This document shows, piece after piece, positions 46,763-50,318 of a stretch of DNA of 50,318 nucleotides. This DNA comes from a virus (Duplodnaviria; Caudoviricetes), in the IMG/VR virus record IMGVR_UViG_3300045282_000259, positions 1 to 50,318 of that record; one strand, given 5' to 3'. The notes beneath the pieces were generated by a model. The model saw nothing but the letters and a program-made list of their open reading frames with translations. It did no database searches and was not told the DNA's origin. Each line of letters opens with the position of its first letter. Position 1 is the first letter of the stretch. Position numbers and translations under genes: made by a program.

Positions 46763-47086
46763 TCAATCTACATTCGAAGGCCAACCATCGAGGCCGACCC
46801 TACCCCTCCCCCGTCCCCCGCCTTCGATGCGTTGCTGATCTGAGTCATGACACTGCTTACACAATGATGATAGTGCACCATGCCAGAAGAGATCGGCATC
46901 ACCACGATGAGGCACGATGTGGTTGGCAACAGTAGCTGGCATGTCTATGCCTCTGCTCTTGCACATGCAGCACATAGGCTCACGCCTTAGCTGTGCTGCC
47001 CGTACGTTCTGCCAGCGTTGCGTCTTGTACCAACGTCGCCAGGGTTGCTCATCACGCTTTGCATCATAGGCTTTGCGTGCATCCAT
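46763..47086 (-). CDS. packaging-associated HNH endonuclease (HK97 gp74-like)
   Basis: WY...W...EPMCCMC...VANHIVPHRGD...LCKQCHD...GLDGWP. Confidence 0.9.
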   Translation of the reverse strand: MDARKAYDAKRDEQPWRRWYKTQRWQNVRAAQLRREPMCCMCKSRGIDMPATVANHIVPHRGDADLFWHGALSSLCKQCHDSDQQRIEGGGRGRGRVGLDGWPSNVD

Positions 47087-47128
47087 TGTTTTATTCGCAG
47101 AATGTTTGAAGATAATTCTACTTTCCGG

Positions 47129-47157
47129 TTGACAAGTAGGAAAGGCCGCACTAGATT
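47129..47157 (+). promoter_or_regulatory. sigma70-type promoter for the early cluster
   Basis: TTGACA-17-TAGATT with an AT-rich upstream element. Confidence 0.75.
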
Positions 47158-47234
47158 GCTGACATCGAAACGCAGAACGCCGTTCGGCCTAATTCTCTCC
47201 GAGTGTTGAAGCACTCGCAAACCAAAGGATCGAA

Positions 47235-47333
47235 ATGACAATCAATCGCGCTGTGTTTATCTTTCGAGCTGTGCTTACCGCGCAGGCCTTAAGCTTGTTC
47301 GCGTATGCCTCTTACGTGACGGCGGTTAACTAA
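47235..47333 (+). CDS. 32-aa hydrophobic peptide (not in ORF track)
   Basis: leader repeat plus ATG; MTINRAVFIFRAVLTAQALSLFAYASYVTAVN. Confidence 0.55.
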   Translation: MTINRAVFIFRAVLTAQALSLFAYASYVTAVN

Positions 47334-47378
47334 ATCCCTCGCGTGTTAAAGCACGCTCAAACCAAAGGACTAAACGCA

Positions 47379-47630
47379 ATGTTTGTTGTGATCTATGAAC
47401 CTTCCACCAATGTTACTCTGTACTCTCGCCGTATGGGCCCAAACGAAACAATGGATACTCGCAAGTTCGCAGACATGATTGCCGCTGAGTATGACCGCGA
47501 GATTGCCGAAGCAAACGGACATATCCCGAATTGTTGCGGAGATATCCGAGTCGAATTCCGCCCGCGCAAAAACGTGGCTTGGCACATCTGGAGCGGCGAA
47601 AGTTTCTACTTCAAACGCGACGACGACTAA
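47379..47630 (+). CDS. early hypothetical protein
   Basis: leader repeat plus ATG at 47379. Confidence 0.7.
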   Translation: MFVVIYEPSTNVTLYSRRMGPNETMDTRKFADMIAAEYDREIAEANGHIPNCCGDIRVEFRPRKNVAWHIWSGESFYFKRDDD

Positions 47631-47743
47631 ACCTAAACCAACATCGTTCCTATGCCCCGCAGCGAAAGCTTACGGGGCTTAGGGCATTAGGAACATCCGT
47701 TCCGCGAGTGTTGAAGCACTCGTCAAAACCAAAGGACCAAACA

Positions 47744-48550
47744 ATGCGCAACGCGCAAACGGCAACCTATGACTCCAAATCTCCGAACGGTTTTATCTTC
47801 TATCGTGGTCCGTCAATGCTAGACGGATCTCCCATTGTCGCCATTGCTACGCGCGTTACCAGCGCGTCAAAGAATTCAAAGACGGGTGCATTAGTCGCAA
47901 CCTATATCCTGCGCGATGACATCAACCCCGTTGATGCCGTTCGCCAAGGCTTGGACAAATCGGTGTGTGGCTCATGCGTTCATCGTGGCTGGTACGACGC
48001 AACCACGAATAGCTGGAAAGATCGTTCCTGCTACGTTGTGATCGGACAAGGACCGCTCGGCGTTTTCAATGGTTTCGAGCGTGACATCTATCCGCAGGTA
48101 TCTCCCGAACAGGCATGCGAGTGGTTAGCTGACCATGCCGTGAGGCTTGGTACCTATGGCGATCCCGCCGCCGTCCCTGCCGATGTTTGGCACGTCATGT
48201 TGCGCAAGGTGAAGGCGAAAGCAGGATACACGCACCAATGGCGCACGTTTCCCGAATTCAAACGCCATTGCATGGCATCATGCGACACGGCGGAGGAACA
48301 ACAAGCCGCAACAGCGTTAGGCTGGCGCACGTTCCGGACGCGGTTGCCGTTTGAGAACAAGCAATCAAACGAAATTGCCTGCCCGGCATCGATGGAAAAG
48401 GGCTATGCGACGACTTGTGCGCTCTGCAAAGCTTGCGGCGGCCGATCGGCAAAAGCAAAAACATCCATCACAATCATAGCTCACGGAGGAACCGGACAAA
48501 TTCGCGCCTATAACCGCACGCGCGCGCGACTAGATGCGGCTGCAGCTTAA
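47744..48550 (+). CDS. Cys-rich early phage protein (gp88-like, possible Fe-S/radical-SAM-related fold)
   Basis: leader repeat plus ATG; NSKTG, CGSC...CYV, VRLGTYGDPA, GYTHQW, CPA...CxxCxxC, IIAHG. Confidence 0.7.
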   Translation: MRNAQTATYDSKSPNGFIFYRGPSMLDGSPIVAIATRVTSASKNSKTGALVATYILRDDINPVDAVRQGLDKSVCGSCVHRGWYDATTNSWKDRSCYVVIGQGPLGVFNGFERDIYPQVSPEQACEWLADHAVRLGTYGDPAAVPADVWHVMLRKVKAKAGYTHQWRTFPEFKRHCMASCDTAEEQQAATALGWRTFRTRLPFENKQSNEIACPASMEKGYATTCALCKACGGRSAKAKTSITIIAHGGTGQIRAYNRTRARLDAAAA

Positions 48551-48697
48551 AATCTCAACTCTCAAACCAAAGGACCAAAACCAAATGGCAAAGACACAAA
48601 CCACGATTCGATTCTCGGTTACGCAATGCAGTACGACACTCTGCTGACCTGGGCCTGCGACCATGGCAACGGCGGCGCCGAATGCGGGGAGGACTAA

Positions 48698-48844
48698 ATG
48701 AAAAAACACGATGCCCTCTATAGCGTCGAATTGACGATTGACGAACTGAATCGATTGTATGCCGCAATACTCTATCGCGAAAACGATTCTGCGCTTGCGA
48801 GAAAACTCGAAAAAGCAATGATTGATGCAGGGAGGACTAAATGA
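48698..48844 (+). CDS. 48-aa hypothetical protein (not in ORF track)
   Basis: GGAGG RBS; ATGA-coupled to the gene at 48841. Confidence 0.6.
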   Translation: MKKHDALYSVELTIDELNRLYAAILYRENDSALARKLEKAMIDAGRTK

Positions 48845-49107
48845 AATATACCGATAAAAACGGCAAGCGCCGCGCCCATTATTGGGGTTTAGCTCGCCGT
48901 TGGTTACCGATATCAATCGACGCTGCGGAGCTCGAGCTAGCAACTGGCAAAGCATTGCCGGCCGAAACGGCAACTCCCGGTCAATCGGCCTATGAAGCGG
49001 ATTGCCTAAAAGAGCCGACATACAAAGACGGTTCACAGCGCAAACCATGGTCGGCATTGCCAGAGCACGCGCGCTATTCATGGGAACGGAATCCAACCCC
49101 GCGCTAA
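48841..49107 (+). CDS. early hypothetical protein
   Basis: GGAGG RBS; PTYKDGSQRKPWSALP...SWERNPTPR. Confidence 0.7.
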   Translation: MKYTDKNGKRRAHYWGLARRWLPISIDAAELELATGKALPAETATPGQSAYEADCLKEPTYKDGSQRKPWSALPEHARYSWERNPTPR

Positions 49108-49197
49108 CCCGTTCCACCATAGCTTTACGCCGCGCGCTGGTAACAGCTGCGCGGCTTAGGGCATTGCAAGAGATCACAAACCAAAGGACCTAACCAA

Positions 49198-49371
49198 ATG
49201 TATTGTGTCAATATTTATGATCCAAACGGCGTTTTGCGCTTTTGGGTCGGAGGTAAAACAAAAGGCGAAGCAATCGAACAAGCACGATGCAAGGTGGCGG
49301 AACATTGTCTCGCAAATCCAGATGAACCGCCCGCAGACAAATGGCACCTAGGCAATGTCATGCGGCAATAA
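49198..49371 (+). CDS. 57-aa hypothetical protein (not in ORF track)
   Basis: leader box plus ATG; MYCVNIYDPNG... Confidence 0.6.
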   Translation: MYCVNIYDPNGVLRFWVGGKTKGEAIEQARCKVAEHCLANPDEPPADKWHLGNVMRQ

Positions 49372-49482
49372 CGGCACCGCACCATGCCTGAAATCATCGG
49401 CCCCGCTAGTGTTGAAGCACAAGCGGGGCCTAACGCTATTCCGCAACACATGAGACCAAAGGACCAAAGGACCAAAACTCAC

Positions 49483-49695
49483 ATGTCACGAAAAGCGCTG
49501 TCCAACCATGACGCGACCAAAGCGGCCGCGCAATCCCTGTTGCGCCAAGGCCTGGCGACCTATGCGGAGATCGCCGCACTATCGGGCTATTCCCGCCAGA
49601 CGATCCGCTTCTTTGCGGGCGAACTAGGCGCGGAAAACGCACGCGAGGAACATCTAGCCAAGCTTTGGGACCGCGCGTTGCGGCGCAACGAATAG
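49483..49695 (+). CDS. small HTH DNA-binding protein
   Basis: leader box plus ATG; LLRQGLATYAEIAALSGYSRQTIRFF. Confidence 0.7.
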   Translation: MSRKALSNHDATKAAAQSLLRQGLATYAEIAALSGYSRQTIRFFAGELGAENAREEHLAKLWDRALRRNE

Positions 49696-49904
49696 GACGG
49701 CCCATGGCGCGCTTTATCCGCTTAGCGCTACTGGAATAGCCCGACTCTGGATAGCCCTTCACGGGGCTTCCCAGAGCGTTCTGCTATGGTGTGGCGAAAA
49801 GCTAAGTCTTTTCAACGGCTTGCCTATGCACGCAAACGTGTACTTCCGCACTGCACAATCGGTCCGTTTCGGCCGGATCGGACCATTGTGGGCCGCCCCC
49901 CCCG

Positions 49905-50020
49905 TCCGCGTTTATGAGCCCCATCCGCGTTTATGAGCCCCAAATGGGGTATCCGCGTTTATGAGCCCGCTACCCCCGTCCGCGTTTATGAGCTGCGATC
50001 CACCCCGTCCGCGTTTATGA
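49905..50020. repeat. five direct copies of TCCGCGTTTATGA
   Basis: copies at 49905, 49924, 49952, 49979, 50008; a hairpin (49855-49890) and a C8 run lie alongside. Confidence 0.92.
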
Positions 50021-50035
50021 ATTTCGATTTTCGTC

Positions 50036-50131
50036 TCAGCCCAGTACGATCGCCCAGAACGCCAGCATTATCGCCAGTACGACAGCTGCGTAGACCACCA
50101 TCGCCCATGGGCTGTTGAGATAGTCCCACAA
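50036..50131 (-). CDS. 31-aa membrane peptide (not in ORF track)
   Basis: TTG start after AAGGA; WDYLNSPWAMVVYAAVVLAIMLAFWAIVLG. Confidence 0.4.
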   Translation of the reverse strand: MWDYLNSPWAMVVYAAVVLAIMLAFWAIVLG

Positions 50132-50152
50132 TTCGGTAACCCGTCCTTCAGC

Positions 50153-50275
50153 TCAGCGCCCGCGCTTGGTCGGCCTGCTCAACGTGCGAACCACAGTCAC
50201 CTTGTCCTTGCGCTTAATGGCCCGACGCAACGCGGCTCGGTCATCTGCCGTCCGCTTCTTCGGCTTGGCTTTCAT
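50153..50275 (-). CDS. 40-aa basic peptide spanning the circular junction
   Basis: GGAGG RBS; MKAKPKKRTADDRAALRRAIKRKDKVTVVRTLSRPTKRGR. Confidence 0.5.
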   Translation of the reverse strand: MKAKPKKRTADDRAALRRAIKRKDKVTVVRTLSRPTKRGR

Positions 50276-50318
50276 GTGAGACCTCCGTCTCCACCGTAGT
50301 CTTACGGATAACGCAGGA
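50192..50318. repeat. 127-bp terminal direct repeat (copy 2)
   Basis: identical to 1-127. Confidence 0.95.

Larger units (their letters stand above)
47200..49473 (+). repeat. repeated gene leaders: GTG-TTRAAG-CAC hairpin (x4) and AAACCAAAGGA(C) RBS box (x6)
   Basis: hairpins at 47200, 47341, 47705, 49399; boxes at 47219, 47359, 47726, 48564, 49178, 49455. Confidence 0.9.

Noticed and set aside
48585-48697. Programmed frameshift joining two tiny ORFs after a leader box
   Set aside because: No canonical slippery heptamer; more likely a decayed or deleted gene, or a sequence error
49905-50020. Mini-CRISPR
   Set aside because: The repeat is only 13 bp and the spacers of 6-16 bp resemble one another
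50039-50083. CCAGTACGA-like short repeats
   Set aside because: Explained by repeated Val-Leu codons of the minus-strand membrane peptide

Overview
The window is an apparently complete, circular temperate siphophage genome of about 50.2 kb, roughly 60% GC by eye. The first 127 bp are repeated exactly at the end, as expected of an assembly overlap. The gene content points to an alphaproteobacterial, probably Hyphomicrobiales-like, host (inference). Minus strand: HNH, terS, terL, fused protease-major capsid, HK97 portal, collagen-like protein, head-tail proteins, tail tube, tail chaperones with a -1 frameshift, tape measure, GTA-like tail tip and amidase endolysin. Also on the minus strand is an early operon: cro, RuvC-like resolvase, PD-(D/E)XK exonuclease, SSB-like protein, HNH-SF2 helicase, primase-helicase, an iteron-like origin and a NusG paralog. 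Plus strand: short CI-like repressor, AlpA-like xis, attP and tyrosine integrase. Two accessory regions stand out. (1) At 17.7-22.9 kb, about 17 short genes are joined by 12 copies (plus one partial) of a ~30-bp repeat, GCCGCGCTCGATAAGGACRCRGGGMAATGA. It supplies the upstream gene's C-terminus (AALDKDxGK), the next gene's RBS and an ATGA stop/start overlap, so it looks like a plug-and-play, translationally coupled cassette system; it includes an empty cassette and chimeric genes. (2) At 47.1-49.7 kb, a sigma70-driven cluster of small genes carries repeated hairpin (GTG-TTRAAG-CAC) plus AAACCAAAGGAC leaders and lies next to the putative cos end. Protein family calls come from motif recognition by eye; no database searches were run.
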